Positions 8,856 through 19,329 of a DNA stretch of 64,000 nt are shown here, piece after piece. Position numbers and translations under genes: made by a program. The notes under the pieces are model-generated. The model was not told where the DNA came from. It saw nothing but the letters and a program-made list of their open reading frames with translations, and did no database searches. The DNA comes from a virus, in the IMG/VR virus record IMGVR_UViG_3300044713_000194, positions 32,001 to 96,000 of that record; one strand, written 5' to 3'. Numbering within the stretch: the first letter of the stretch is position 1; every line of letters begins with the position of its first letter.

Positions 8856-10958
8856 CTATTTTTCTTCTTCCCGGTCAGCGGCAGCCAGGTGCAGACCGCC
8901 CAGGCGAGAGGACTTCTTGCGGTTGGCGACGGCCTTAGCTGCCTCGGCTTCTTCCTCTTCCTGATGCTTCTGCTTGACAAGCACCTTGAGCGCCTCACCC
9001 ATCATCTCCATCGCGGAGAAGATTGATTCAACGGCCTCGCGCACGGGGCGCGACTCGTTGACAGAGGTGATCGGCTTCGAATCCAGGTAGAGCGCCTTCA
9101 GCTTGTCGGCGGCAGACTCGGCCAGCTTGATGGCCTTGTCGGTCGTGACATCGGCGGCGACCTTCAAATTCGCACCCTTGAAATACTCGTGAGCACGGAG
9201 CGCCTTCTCGGCCTCACCCTTGGTGGCGTGAGAATCGAGGACCTTGCCGTCCTTCACATTGCACCAGGGGGCTTCATCACCCTCGGAGTTCTTGTGTCCG
9301 GGGCGATGCTCGATTGTGGCCGTTTTAGCGGAGGCCTGGTGATCAGCCAATGCCTGTGGGTCGGGGGTGTTCTCGCCGGTATTCGCGAAGCTGTCCGTGT
9401 GCGCGTCGCCGGTCAGACCGGACTCGCCGTCCTCTTCCGTTGCGCCCATACTCTCAAGCTCCTCGGCGACCGCGTGCAGAAACCACTTCATGTGCTTGAC
9501 GTTTCCGAAAATCTGTCCGATGTTTGCGGCCACATCAAACACAACATCGTCTTCGTCTTCGATTGCACGCTGGGCGGCTTCGATGAACTTGGGGTCGATG
9601 GTTTTGGCGGCCAACTTCTCAGGAAGGGTGGTTGCAGGCAGCGTGATGCCGGTATGATCTTCAACGCCGGTTACGCTGGGAACCACGCTCTTGTCGCCTT
9701 CGAGAACCTTGGCGGTATCTTCATTCGTCGGAGGCGCGGTGGACGCCAACTTGCTGGGTTCGGTTGTCGCGGGCTTCTTCACGCCTGATTTATCCTCGAC
9801 ACCGGTGACGGTGGGGGAGACGCTCTTGTCTCCCTCAATCACTTTGCCGGTGCTGTTGGCCGACGCGGGCTGGCTGGTTGTCGCAAACTTGCTCGGAGTA
9901 TCGGTCTTCGGACGCTTGATGCCCGTGTGATCCTCAACTTTGTCGCGCCCATCCGGAATGGACTTGTCGCCTTCGAGCACCTTCGAGGTCTCCTCGTTGA
10001 CGGCGGGTGCCCCGGAGCCCATTGCGGCTGCGGTCTTCTGCTCCTCGATCTGCTTGGGGCGCGTGCGAAGTTCTTCGCTCATTCCTGCGACAGCTTCCTG
10101 CGCGGCCTTGTCATTGGCGAAGTCGGAGGTTTTCGAAAGGGCCTCGATGCAAGCCGTAAGAGCCTCGGCGGTCCAGTACTTGTACTTGCCACCGGCGGCG
10201 CTTACACTTGGGACTGCCTCCGGAGCGGCCACGGGTGCCGTGGGCTCCGTCTGAGCCGGAACCGGAGTCTCTTCGGCGGTCTTTGCGCTCGCAGCCTTCT
10301 TCTCAGGGGCTTCTTCAACTTCCTCGGCCTGGGGCATGTGGTTCACAATCTGGTTGCCGGGTGCGCCTTCGAACGAAACCGTGTGGCCGAGCAGAAGCTC
10401 TTCGCCCGCGCTCTCGTGTGCATGCTTCTCGTGATAGTAGACGCGGCCATCCGGCGCTTCGAGAACCGGCGCTTCGATAAACTGACCGAGGTCACCGGCA
10501 TCCAGCCACTGCCAACCGCCTTCGAAAGCAGAACCGAGAAGTTTGTGCAGGACTTGTCCGTCACTCCAGACCTGGTTGACCTTGCGCTCGGGGTTGACAA
10601 ATTCACCAAGTTTTTCAAGTGTCTGAGTGTGCAGGTGGTGCGAATTGCTCTCGACAAAGCGGTGCATGCCATCGGCGTTCGGAATGAGATTGAGTTTGTT
10701 GTCGTCGGTCTGAACCAAAGTGACGGTACCGGCATGTGAAACCACTTCGGCGATCTTCACAACGCCCGTCTGGGCGGCAGTCTTTGTGTTCTCGTCCTTC
10801 TCTGTGGAAGCGAGGCGAACGTCATCGGTACTCGGTTGCTCGATCTCCGGAGTGCGATCGGTGGAAAAATTGTCGCCGCCGCTCGCCGCCCGATTCTGCG
10901 CCTGCCGCCTCCGTTCAAACATTCTCGACTTGCTCATATCTGTCTCCGTATAACTCAC
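8856..10958 (-). CDS. large internal virion protein with three ~45-aa repeats
   Basis: 700 aa; repeats KV(L/I)EGDKS...VED(H/K)(T/S)G...P(S/E)K(F/L)A. Confidence 0.7.
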   Translation of the reverse strand: MSYTETDMSKSRMFERRRQAQNRAASGGDNFSTDRTPEIEQPSTDDVRLASTEKDENTKTAAQTGVVKIAEVVSHAGTVTLVQTDDNKLNLIPNADGMHRFVESNSHHLHTQTLEKLGEFVNPERKVNQVWSDGQVLHKLLGSAFEGGWQWLDAGDLGQFIEAPVLEAPDGRVYYHEKHAHESAGEELLLGHTVSFEGAPGNQIVNHMPQAEEVEEAPEKKAASAKTAEETPVPAQTEPTAPVAAPEAVPSVSAAGGKYKYWTAEALTACIEALSKTSDFANDKAAQEAVAGMSEELRTRPKQIEEQKTAAAMGSGAPAVNEETSKVLEGDKSIPDGRDKVEDHTGIKRPKTDTPSKFATTSQPASANSTGKVIEGDKSVSPTVTGVEDKSGVKKPATTEPSKLASTAPPTNEDTAKVLEGDKSVVPSVTGVEDHTGITLPATTLPEKLAAKTIDPKFIEAAQRAIEDEDDVVFDVAANIGQIFGNVKHMKWFLHAVAEELESMGATEEDGESGLTGDAHTDSFANTGENTPDPQALADHQASAKTATIEHRPGHKNSEGDEAPWCNVKDGKVLDSHATKGEAEKALRAHEYFKGANLKVAADVTTDKAIKLAESAADKLKALYLDSKPITSVNESRPVREAVESIFSAMEMMGEALKVLVKQKHQEEEEAEAAKAVANRKKSSRLGGLHLAAADREEEK

Positions 10959-10994
10959 TTATGAGTTCTGAAAGTCTTTCGTCGAAATCTGACC

Positions 10995-11468
10995 TTAGAT
11001 CGTCGCGTTCGGCAGGGATGTCGTCGCCGACTGTTCGCGCAGCGTTGTCATGGCCGTCTGTACCTTCGTCTGAATAGCGGCGGCCCATACGGTTGCGGCT
11101 TCGGTAGGGTTCTGAGTGATGCAGTCGAGCGGACCGCGCTCGGGAGGCAGAGGGACCCTCTGAGACCATCCTGGGTACTGCGGTTCACCTGGAAGCGGGA
11201 CCTGCGCGGCGGGTAAGACTGTCATAAAGCGCGCCGTCACGCCGCTCATCTGCGTCGTGATGCCGACAAAAAGCTCGGCTGCCGGAAACGTGAAAGTGAA
11301 GCTGGTGTTGTTCGGGTCCGTATACGAACCACCCAGATTGACCTGTGGATCTCCAAGGGCCAGGATGAGCGCACGGTCGGTAGCGTCGGTGTCCGCGCCG
11401 GTAAAGAGCGCCTGCATCGTAACGCTGATGATTCCGTTCTGCTCGGTTACCTGTGGATGAATCTGCAT
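10995..11468 (-). CDS. hypothetical structural protein
   Basis: 157 aa in structural operon with GGGAGA RBS. Confidence 0.7.
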   Translation of the reverse strand: MQIHPQVTEQNGIISVTMQALFTGADTDATDRALILALGDPQVNLGGSYTDPNNTSFTFTFPAAELFVGITTQMSGVTARFMTVLPAAQVPLPGEPQYPGWSQRVPLPPERGPLDCITQNPTEAATVWAAAIQTKVQTAMTTLREQSATTSLPNATI

Positions 11469-11480
11469 TCTGTTCTCCCG

Positions 11481-11515
11481 AAAAGAGCCCGGAGGAGCAG
11501 GTTCGCTCCTCCGGC
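11481..11515 (-). terminator. terminator after tail sheath gene
   Basis: CCGGAGGAGC-GAACCT-GCTCCTCCGG-GCTCTTTT. Confidence 0.75.
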
Positions 11516-11520
11516 AGTCC

Positions 11521-14500
11521 TTAGTTGTTCATGCTGATGTTGACCGAGAAAGTCACGTTGATCCACAGAACGGACCACATCGGCGCGTAACTTACGGTCA
11601 CGTCGAAGGTGGTTGGATCGGAAGAATCCTGTACCACGCTCACCGGTCCGGCAGCGCTGATCAGATTGTTGACCCAGCCGTTCATCAAGGAATTGCCCAC
11701 CGCTTCCATCGAGGACGGCAGCGTGCTCAGTTCCTTGCGGCCCACGAACTGCTTGAAGTTCTTCCGGAACGCCTTCGCCACAAAGTCGTTGATAGTGGTG
11801 ACATACGGTTCGGAAGTCAATGGGTTGGCCGGGTTGGTGGTCTTGTAGTGACGGCACTCCAGAGCCCCCGGTACGCTGTCAAACACCGTGATACCAGCCT
11901 GCGCCAACTGGTCCTTCGTCGGCGAATTGTATTCCTGAAGTGCACGGCTGAAGCCGATCACCTTCTGGCCGGTAAGGGTGGTGGCCACGTCGTTCGACGG
12001 GTTCAGGTTCAAACCCGCAGTCGCTGCCGCCAGGAATTCACCGGAGACCAGGTTCTCAACCGCTGGCTGTGAAACCGAAGGTTGGAGCATGATTCCCAGG
12101 GCGGGCGGCCAGACCGCGATCACGCGCTGGTTGGCGATCGCCTGAGCCGTCGCGGAAGCAGCCGTTGGCGTCGAATACTGGTTGAAGCCAACGAAAGCAA
12201 TGGCCTCTCCCTTCTGACGCGGAGTCGCCTGCTTGGTCAGGAACTGGCTAAGCGCCTGCTGCACATTGACCGAGGTGGACAACGGTACGATCACACCCGC
12301 CTTGCCGCCGCCAGGAATCGGCGTGGTGAGCGAATTGATCGCGTCGATGAAGCTCTGATCCGACGCAAAGGCCGTGCCCGCTACAACCGGCACCTGGATG
12401 ACCCCGAACTGGCCCGCACCGTTAGCGGTCAGCAACTGAATCGCAATCGAGAGGCGGTTGTTGACACTGTTCGGCTGGCCATACTCCGCATACGCATCGT
12501 CAGGGCTGGCGAAAGTCTGAAGAGCGAAGTCGGAGGCCTGCTTGTTGACCGTGAACGTCACGTAGTAGTACTCGCCGACAGCCGGGGAGTTACCCGAACG
12601 GCTGAAGGTTGAAATCAATGCCGTGTCGCCCACCTTATTGCCCAGCGTGCTGACCACGTCGGTCTTGAGGCCGGGGACGGCAACGATAGTCTCTCCGGTC
12701 ACAAAGCCCGCCGTGCGGCTGATGACGAAGCTCAGTGTGTCACCTGGAGTGAATTTGTAGCTCGGGCTCGGCAACTGAGTGTAACCGTAGCTGAGCGCGC
12801 TCGCCGGATCGACGATCGTGAACTGCACACCCGTGGTCTGGTCGATGTAGGTCTGGCCGAGATAGCCGGACGCGCCAACCGCACCCGAGCCGGAGTCTGC
12901 ATTGCCACCTTCGGGCGTGGTTGCGCCGCCCGTCAGACCGAGGCCGTCGGCCTGTGCCTGCTGCGCCGTGCGGCTGGTGGTGACAAGAAAGCGGTTGGCA
13001 AACGGAGTCGAAACAGCCGCCGCGCCGCCTGCCAGGTTGGTGGCCGCCTGTGCGGTCGCCTGGCCGGAAGTCGATGCACCCTCCGCCGCCGAGCAAAGAA
13101 TCACGCCAGCACCGGATACGGTTGGCGGGAAGCTGGAGAACAGGGCGATGACCTCCGCCCAGGTGCGCACCGTCTCCTGATCGGCCATCAACAGTTCGAC
13201 GGTGACGGCGGTCCCACTGACGCTGATCGCCGTGGCATCCGCCTGACCGGTGCCGCCACTGAGGAGAGCAATGGTGACCGAGTTGCCAGCGGTGCCCGGG
13301 GTGGTTGCCGTGAACACCAGGGTTGAGGCAATCTCGATTGATGCCTGCACTGCTGGGGTGGTAATGGTCGAGAGACCGTCGTCCTGGAATGTCAGGGTGA
13401 CCGTTTCCGCCGCGCCGCCGATGGCCGCCTGAAGATCCGAGAAGTTGCTCGGCCAGACGATCCCGGTGTCGGCAAAGTTCGCGTTGGCTACGGTGTCGGT
13501 GCCGTTTGACGCAACTGGAACGATCTGGTTGTTCTCGTCCGTCACGGTGTAGGTGCCCTGACCCGAGGTGCCTGCGGTCTTGACTGCCACGGTGAACGCG
13601 TGGTCGTTCAGTACGCTGCGGTAGTAGGTGGCATAGACGTTCTGCCCTTGTGCCGCCGGGTTGTAAAGGGTGACCTTAGCGCTGGCACCGGAAAGCTGAG
13701 CCACGGTGACTGCACCGCTGCTCGCGGCCTCGATTGGGTTGGGGCCGACATAAACCTTGACCAAAGATGGGTCATCGGTTGGGACGCCAAGGCCCGAGCC
13801 GTCTACCGGCACATCGGGGAGAGTGAAAACGGAGTTGACCCCGCTCGTCGCGCCGGAGAGGAGCCGCAGGTAGACCTTCTGATCAACCAGGGTTGTATTG
13901 ATGTCAGTCGCGTTGAAAGCCGGAAACCCAGCCGTGTTCTGACCGGCGGCGGTCGAAACCGCAGCGCCCCAAGCAATCGAGTTGCCGTTCAGGGTGTAGT
14001 CAACGCCCTCGACGAAATTGGAGGTGTTTGGACCGAAGCCGATTTCGACGATCGAAGCAACATTCGAAGACGGAAGCTGGTCGGAGGTGTTCTGCCAAGT
14101 GTTGGTGAAATAGGTGGCCAGAAGGGTTGCACCCGCAGGTACGGCGTTCGCTAGGGTGACAAGGCCGGTCGAGCCGTCCACGGCGGTAACCGTGGCTGGC
14201 TGTCCATTTACTGTGACGGAAACCTTGGTCGGATCGGTCGTTACGACACCACCGTTTGTGCCATCGACAATCGGAGTCTGCTGCACCTTGAAGATGGTGT
14301 TGGTGTTCGGACCCGCGCCGCCTGTGAAAGCGGTGGCCGTGAGGGCTGCCCCAGCCGTCGAGGAGGAGCCCCCGGAAACGACGGTAATGTAACCGGCGGT
14401 GGTCTCGATGCCCGCGTTGATCAGTGCCGCGACTTCGGCCAGCGTGCGGACCGTGTTGTCGGTGTTGCGAAGCTCGATTGAGATCGCGTTGGTGCCCGCA

Positions 14501-15126
14501 CCGGACACAGCCTGAAGATCGGAAACGCCCGAGCCGGTCGTGGCCAAAGTCAGCGCGAGCGTGACGTCGTTGCCGAGCGCGCCGGGGATGGTGAGCGACA
14601 AGTGCAGTGTCGCCTGGATCGCGAGGGTAGCGAAAGTCGGAACCTGGAACGAATCGTTTTCGTTAAGGACCTGGGTGTCGGTGCGCTTGAAGTAGTAGTT
14701 GACGTAGAGACTGCTGCCTTCGGGAACAATCGTCTGGGTGCTGAACTGGCCGGTCGCTCCGTTTAAGGAGAGGACCGTCACCGGCAACGCCGCAGTCTGT
14801 CCCGGCGCTACCACAGTGACCGAAAGATAGGAGGGATTGTTGGTTACGGTGCCGGTTCCATTGCCGGTAACAACGGGGAAGTGCGACAATTGAAAAGGAC
14901 CTGTGGTGCCGTTGACCTGCGCGGTGAGGTTCTCAGCCACGACCTGGTCATCGGAGGTTGCACTCGAACCACGATGCATTTCAACGTTGGATTCGGTGAA
15001 AACCTGCTGGCCTTCTCCGATCAACACCGGAATCCGCGCGCTCGGCGGCAGGGATGCAACGGTGTCGTTCAGGATCGTCTCGGTGTAGACACCGGGCGGC
15101 GTGTAAGACGTGGAGAAAAGTGCCAT
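11521..15126 (-). CDS. tail sheath protein with inserted Ig-like domains
   Basis: 1201 aa; N-terminal YTPPGVYTE; C-terminal DPTTFDVTVSYAPMWSVLWINVTF sheath signature. Confidence 0.9.
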   Translation of the reverse strand: MALFSTSYTPPGVYTETILNDTVASLPPSARIPVLIGEGQQVFTESNVEMHRGSSATSDDQVVAENLTAQVNGTTGPFQLSHFPVVTGNGTGTVTNNPSYLSVTVVAPGQTAALPVTVLSLNGATGQFSTQTIVPEGSSLYVNYYFKRTDTQVLNENDSFQVPTFATLAIQATLHLSLTIPGALGNDVTLALTLATTGSGVSDLQAVSGAGTNAISIELRNTDNTVRTLAEVAALINAGIETTAGYITVVSGGSSSTAGAALTATAFTGGAGPNTNTIFKVQQTPIVDGTNGGVVTTDPTKVSVTVNGQPATVTAVDGSTGLVTLANAVPAGATLLATYFTNTWQNTSDQLPSSNVASIVEIGFGPNTSNFVEGVDYTLNGNSIAWGAAVSTAAGQNTAGFPAFNATDINTTLVDQKVYLRLLSGATSGVNSVFTLPDVPVDGSGLGVPTDDPSLVKVYVGPNPIEAASSGAVTVAQLSGASAKVTLYNPAAQGQNVYATYYRSVLNDHAFTVAVKTAGTSGQGTYTVTDENNQIVPVASNGTDTVANANFADTGIVWPSNFSDLQAAIGGAAETVTLTFQDDGLSTITTPAVQASIEIASTLVFTATTPGTAGNSVTIALLSGGTGQADATAISVSGTAVTVELLMADQETVRTWAEVIALFSSFPPTVSGAGVILCSAAEGASTSGQATAQAATNLAGGAAAVSTPFANRFLVTTSRTAQQAQADGLGLTGGATTPEGGNADSGSGAVGASGYLGQTYIDQTTGVQFTIVDPASALSYGYTQLPSPSYKFTPGDTLSFVISRTAGFVTGETIVAVPGLKTDVVSTLGNKVGDTALISTFSRSGNSPAVGEYYYVTFTVNKQASDFALQTFASPDDAYAEYGQPNSVNNRLSIAIQLLTANGAGQFGVIQVPVVAGTAFASDQSFIDAINSLTTPIPGGGKAGVIVPLSTSVNVQQALSQFLTKQATPRQKGEAIAFVGFNQYSTPTAASATAQAIANQRVIAVWPPALGIMLQPSVSQPAVENLVSGEFLAAATAGLNLNPSNDVATTLTGQKVIGFSRALQEYNSPTKDQLAQAGITVFDSVPGALECRHYKTTNPANPLTSEPYVTTINDFVAKAFRKNFKQFVGRKELSTLPSSMEAVGNSLMNGWVNNLISAAGPVSVVQDSSDPTTFDVTVSYAPMWSVLWINVTFSVNISMNN

Positions 15127-15234
15127 TTGTCGGCTCCTCGCCCAATTACTTAGCGATTGGGTGCGCTGGGAGTGAAATCCATCTCTATGAAGAGATTGGA
15201 AGTCCGTTTATTTCTACGCTTCGATTTTGGAGCC

Positions 15235-15657
15235 TTAGCGGGGCTGCTCGACGAGTTTGGTCTGGGCGTCGGCATCCGGCTTGTGACCGTCCCGCTCGAC
15301 ATACCCTAAGGCGCGGGTACGGGCCAGGCGCTGCTCAGCCGAGATGGGGGTGAACTCGTTGTAACCGGTGGCGACCAGGCCCTGCTTACCGGCCTCGCGG
15401 CGGACCTTGTTGCGCTTGTTCTGGCGCTCGTTAATGCTGGACCAGCGCGCTTCGGACTCGCGGCCTACAACCGCGTCGATCGGAGCGTTGGACAGGCCGT
15501 TGGTTCCGATTCCGGGAACAGAAAGTTTGGGCCACGCGGGGGTATGACAGAACTTGCAGGGTATGGTGGACGGCTTGGAGGCCGACATGGGCTGTACAAG
15601 CTCCGTCACCGCCCCGCAGCCGCCTTCGCCTTCACACTTGTATTCGTAGATTGCCAT
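15235..15657 (-). CDS. FmdB-family zinc-ribbon protein
   Basis: MAIYEYKC...CG...PCKFC. Confidence 0.75.
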   Translation of the reverse strand: MAIYEYKCEGEGGCGAVTELVQPMSASKPSTIPCKFCHTPAWPKLSVPGIGTNGLSNAPIDAVVGRESEARWSSINERQNKRNKVRREAGKQGLVATGYNEFTPISAEQRLARTRALGYVERDGHKPDADAQTKLVEQPR

Positions 15658-15724
15658 GAAACTCCTTCGAGATAACGCCTATCAAGGGGTAATACCGCTT
15701 GGAGGGGGGTGGTTCCTTTATTTG

Positions 15725-17281
15725 TCAGCGATAATCCGGAAGAAATCCGATGGCTCCCACGGAGAAAAGACGAGGACCTACCTTCAGCTTGCCCGGGTAG
15801 TCGGTAGTAAAGAGAATTGAATCGATGTTGAAATTGGTGACGCGGGTGACGAGCGGCTTATAGACGCGCCAGTCAGCGAGCGCCGTGAACTGTAATGAGG
15901 CGACCCAGCCGGGTGCGGTTGCGCTTCGGTCACGTTGGTTTACAAGTGCGGAGCGCGAGCCCTCAAGAATGGTCAGCCCATCGGCTTCGATCCTGGCTCG
16001 GCGGTTGATAAGAAGCTCTTGCTTTAGAAGCTCGACAATATCGGAGGCCGTGGCGGGATCGTTTGCCTTCACATCGACTGTAAAGCCAATGTTGTCTTTC
16101 GATCCGTATACATGGTAAGTTTCGCTAACATTTGGAGATACAAGGAGAGCGCACTGGTCTCCCTCGGTCACCTTGTCGCCGATTGCAATACGCATCCCAA
16201 GCACTAAGTTGATGTTCGAGGACATCTTCTTACCCACAACGGTGCTCTGGCCGATCAGGGTGCGCACATCATACCGACACCAGCCTCCGGGGGCAAGTGG
16301 CGTGTTCAGGGTTACCGTTCCGGTCTCCAGGTTTACCGTGACCGGTACGTTGGCGGCGGCGTTCGTCTCCACCCACACCTGATCCTCAACCAATGTCTCG
16401 CCCGAAGCGAGCGTGAAACTCAGCGTGTTCTCCGAATTCATGCAGTTGCCGGGAACAGAGGGATCAACCCGTACGACGCCCGTCGCCGTAATAGTGTTCC
16501 CCGCCGGAGTCCATCCGCTAAGTTGGACGGTAGTCGCGGAAGTGAAAATGTAGTCGATTCCATTGCGTAGAGTGAAACCGTCCTGATCCAGGAGCGCGAC
16601 TGAAGAATAATCGGAAGGAACGGTGGCCGTCTGGGTCCCAAATACGGTGGCCGGAATAATGACCGTGCTCTGAGTCTGCTCAACCCAAAAGTCCGTCAGC
16701 GGTGTAAGCGGATTGCCGCCGGAATCCTTTACTCCAAGAGCGACTACCGAACTCAGAAGGTAAATGAAATTTGAACCGCCTTGGAAGGCAATCGCGTTAC
16801 TGGGGTTCTCAATGTCGTAAGGCTGAACCGTTAAGGCGTCAATGCCTCGGGCGAAGTTGACCTTGGAGCCTCGGGCATTCTTGACCAACCCTTCGTACCA
16901 GTGGTAGGTCTGGACGGTAAACTTTACGTCGCGGGTCTTCTCATCCACAGCATCCACGTTGAACATGTAGATCCCGGCGACCGGCGTCTGAAGGGTGGGG
17001 TCGATCTCATCGGCCCATTCAAAAAAGTCCCCGTCCTTGTCCTCGATTTTGGCGACCAAGGAGCGACCCATCTGGGTGTACATGAAGTAGTCGGGGGAGA
17101 GGCGGGCACCGGAGCCGGTGATGTCCTTAATGATGCATTGCACGTCGCCGAAGGAGATCATGTTGTTCGAGGTGAGGGACACCTCGCCCAGACTGGCGCG
17201 AAACCGGGGATTCCGCGTCACGATGTCTCGGATGACGCGGAGCATATACCCGGCCAAATGATTTCCGGTTAAATCGAACAC
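15725..17281 (-). CDS. structural protein (tail completion/neck-like)
   Basis: 518 aa beta-rich protein upstream of sheath gene. Confidence 0.55.
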   Translation of the reverse strand: MFDLTGNHLAGYMLRVIRDIVTRNPRFRASLGEVSLTSNNMISFGDVQCIIKDITGSGARLSPDYFMYTQMGRSLVAKIEDKDGDFFEWADEIDPTLQTPVAGIYMFNVDAVDEKTRDVKFTVQTYHWYEGLVKNARGSKVNFARGIDALTVQPYDIENPSNAIAFQGGSNFIYLLSSVVALGVKDSGGNPLTPLTDFWVEQTQSTVIIPATVFGTQTATVPSDYSSVALLDQDGFTLRNGIDYIFTSATTVQLSGWTPAGNTITATGVVRVDPSVPGNCMNSENTLSFTLASGETLVEDQVWVETNAAANVPVTVNLETGTVTLNTPLAPGGWCRYDVRTLIGQSTVVGKKMSSNINLVLGMRIAIGDKVTEGDQCALLVSPNVSETYHVYGSKDNIGFTVDVKANDPATASDIVELLKQELLINRRARIEADGLTILEGSRSALVNQRDRSATAPGWVASLQFTALADWRVYKPLVTRVTNFNIDSILFTTDYPGKLKVGPRLFSVGAIGFLPDYR

Positions 17282-18108
17282 GTTGGAGTCCCCTCAATGG
17301 GAGAGCCCGTAATCCTCTTGGAGGATTTCGCAACTCTTCGGTGGTTCTCTTTCCAGCAAGTGCGATTGCAGAATTTACCGCCGCGACTGACTGAACGTTC
17401 AAAGACTGCTGAGCAGCCCGCGCATGTCACCGTGACTCGATTCCGTCGTAAGGCACTAGCGGCGCGAATCCGGGCTACGCTCTCCGGGGAACGCTTCTTA
17501 CCGCGTAAGGAAGCCGATCTCTTATCTCTTGTTTGTTGTGTTACGGGTCGTGCTCTCAAAGTCGCTGAGATTTTGGCACGGGATTCTTTCGTAAAACCGG
17601 CTAGACGCCGCGCCACCATCTCCGGTGTTTGGGACCTTCCTTTGAGGGCATCGCTACGTTTTCTCTTAGATGCGACGGTCTGCTTTATACCTACACGTGA
17701 CTCGACAAACTTTTGGCGAGTTTCGGGGCTGTGCTTCTTACCGAAGAATGGGTTACCACTACCCGTCATCTTTATTCGAAGCTCGGCCCTACGTTCTTCG
17801 GAGCACGGACGTGCGCCGCCATCGCCGCCATGGGCAATGTTATAACCCACGGTTACTTCTGTTGAACGGTACTTTGCTATGTATTCAATTTCTAAGGCGT
17901 TAAGGGTCTCTAGTGACTCAATACCGGAAACTAGAGTCGTTACCTCGAAGCAATCTTCCCCGTATTTACGAATGGCGGTTGATAGCCTTGCTCGTCCGTT
18001 ATTACGCGCGGTGTAGCAATGTTCCTTCCATCGTCTTTCGACCGTCTTAACGGTCTTACCGATGTAGATCTTTCCGTTGACCCGATTTCGAACCAAGTAG
18101 ATAAGCAT
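17269..18108 (-). CDS. GIY-YIG homing endonuclease with NUMOD3 repeats
   Basis: MLIYLVRN..NGKIYIGKT...GYN; GNPFFGKKHSPETRQK. Confidence 0.9.
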   Translation of the reverse strand: MLIYLVRNRVNGKIYIGKTVKTVERRWKEHCYTARNNGRARLSTAIRKYGEDCFEVTTLVSGIESLETLNALEIEYIAKYRSTEVTVGYNIAHGGDGGARPCSEERRAELRIKMTGSGNPFFGKKHSPETRQKFVESRVGIKQTVASKRKRSDALKGRSQTPEMVARRLAGFTKESRAKISATLRARPVTQQTRDKRSASLRGKKRSPESVARIRAASALRRNRVTVTCAGCSAVFERSVSRGGKFCNRTCWKENHRRVAKSSKRITGSPIEGTPTCSI

Positions 18109-18151
18109 GCCTATCCTGCACTCTGGCTTCCGAGCACAAAATCGGCGAACA

Positions 18152-18628
18152 TCAATCCTGAACCCTCACGTCTAGGACACCGTAATCAACGCCCTTCGGT
18201 ATTGGGGGCACGGTTTGCTGGATAGGGTGCACCCACTGAGCGATTGAGCGCCTTACATCCTGTACGCTCACTACCCCACGCTGTCTTGGGTACCACACGT
18301 TCCGTATACCTACTGCGCCTTCGAAATCGTAGTCCTCAATTTCCCACCACGACCCGTCATGTGCGGCAAACCTTGATCCTGGAACCATATAGGTGAAAAA
18401 TAAGTCATCGCCTTGAAGCGGCGAAAGGGGATTGGCCAACAACTCATTTCCAATCTCGGGGCTCGTTTGACTGAAGATGCCCTTCTGCTCGCCGGAGTCC
18501 CCGACAATCGCCTGTAGCTTGATGTCCAGAACCGGCTGATCCGTGGGGGGCGTCATGGCGTTCGCCTGTTTGGGGGCGATACCGGCGAAGGCAATGAGGG
18601 AGGAAGCTAAAACGTTCGATTTAATCAT
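18152..18628 (-). CDS. hypothetical protein
   Basis: 158 aa with RBS and late-type promoter motif upstream. Confidence 0.65.
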   Translation of the reverse strand: MIKSNVLASSLIAFAGIAPKQANAMTPPTDQPVLDIKLQAIVGDSGEQKGIFSQTSPEIGNELLANPLSPLQGDDLFFTYMVPGSRFAAHDGSWWEIEDYDFEGAVGIRNVWYPRQRGVVSVQDVRRSIAQWVHPIQQTVPPIPKGVDYGVLDVRVQD

Positions 18629-18684
18629 GCTGGGCTCCGGAGGCGACTCTCTTTAATGGAATCCGGAAGTCAGAACACAGAAAG

Positions 18685-18714
18685 TTCGCCATTTTGAGCC
18701 GGACAAGGCAGAAT
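18685..18714 (+). promoter_or_regulatory. class A promoter TTCGCC-N18-CAGAAT
   Basis: Same motif and 18-bp spacer recur at 19281, 21085, 22174, 61844(-) and 62255(-). Confidence 0.75.
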
Positions 18715-18723
18715 GTATGAGAG

Positions 18724-18948
18724 GTGATTATGGAGAACAGACGGGAGCTAGTACGCGCGGTACGCGAGTACGCACGAGCCCACTACGAAAAAAGCGGCTG
18801 GGATGTTGTCGTCGAGAGCTACGACGACGCCGACATCATCTCGGCCATGGGACCGGCTGAGACCCCGGAGCAGGCGATACGGGCGGTAGGTGAGGAAATC
18901 GGCATGCACGACAAATACCGGAGCGACATCGAGGCGACGGCCTTCTAA
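18724..18948 (+). CDS. small hypothetical protein
   Basis: ORF with GAGG RBS after class A promoter. Confidence 0.7.
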   Translation: MIMENRRELVRAVREYARAHYEKSGWDVVVESYDDADIISAMGPAETPEQAIRAVGEEIGMHDKYRSDIEATAF

Positions 18949-18949
18949 A

Positions 18950-19249
18950 ATGTTGGACACCGAACAAATGACTAAAGTTTTTGGTATCCAGCTTCATCGC
19001 ATCAGCGGTGACCGTCTTTTGGCGTGCGAAGCCGTTTATTGCGAACGTGGTGGATTAGCGGTGGATACCGTGTTGCGTAGGGCAGCGATCTCCGGACGTG
19101 TCGAGATCGAAGGACCCTTGGAGCGCCACTTTGCGGACCTGCTCGATCTTCAGGGAGACATCGTCTGCTCGGTCGCCCTAGACGCCGGGTCTTACCGTGC
19201 AATCAAATATAGATGGGCACCAAGCAAGCTGATAGTTGAGCCGCAGTAG
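18950..19249 (+). CDS. small hypothetical protein
   Basis: ATG one base after upstream stop. Confidence 0.6.
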   Translation: MLDTEQMTKVFGIQLHRISGDRLLACEAVYCERGGLAVDTVLRRAAISGRVEIEGPLERHFADLLDLQGDIVCSVALDAGSYRAIKYRWAPSKLIVEPQ

Positions 19250-19280
19250 GCCCGAGATCGCCGCAAGGGAGAACCCTAAG

Positions 19281-19310
19281 TTCGCCGATTTTGCTCGGCC
19301 CGGACAGAAT
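19281..19310 (+). promoter_or_regulatory. class A promoter
   Basis: TTCGCC-N18-CAGAAT. Confidence 0.75.
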
Positions 19311-19329
19311 GTACGTAGGAGAGTGAGCC

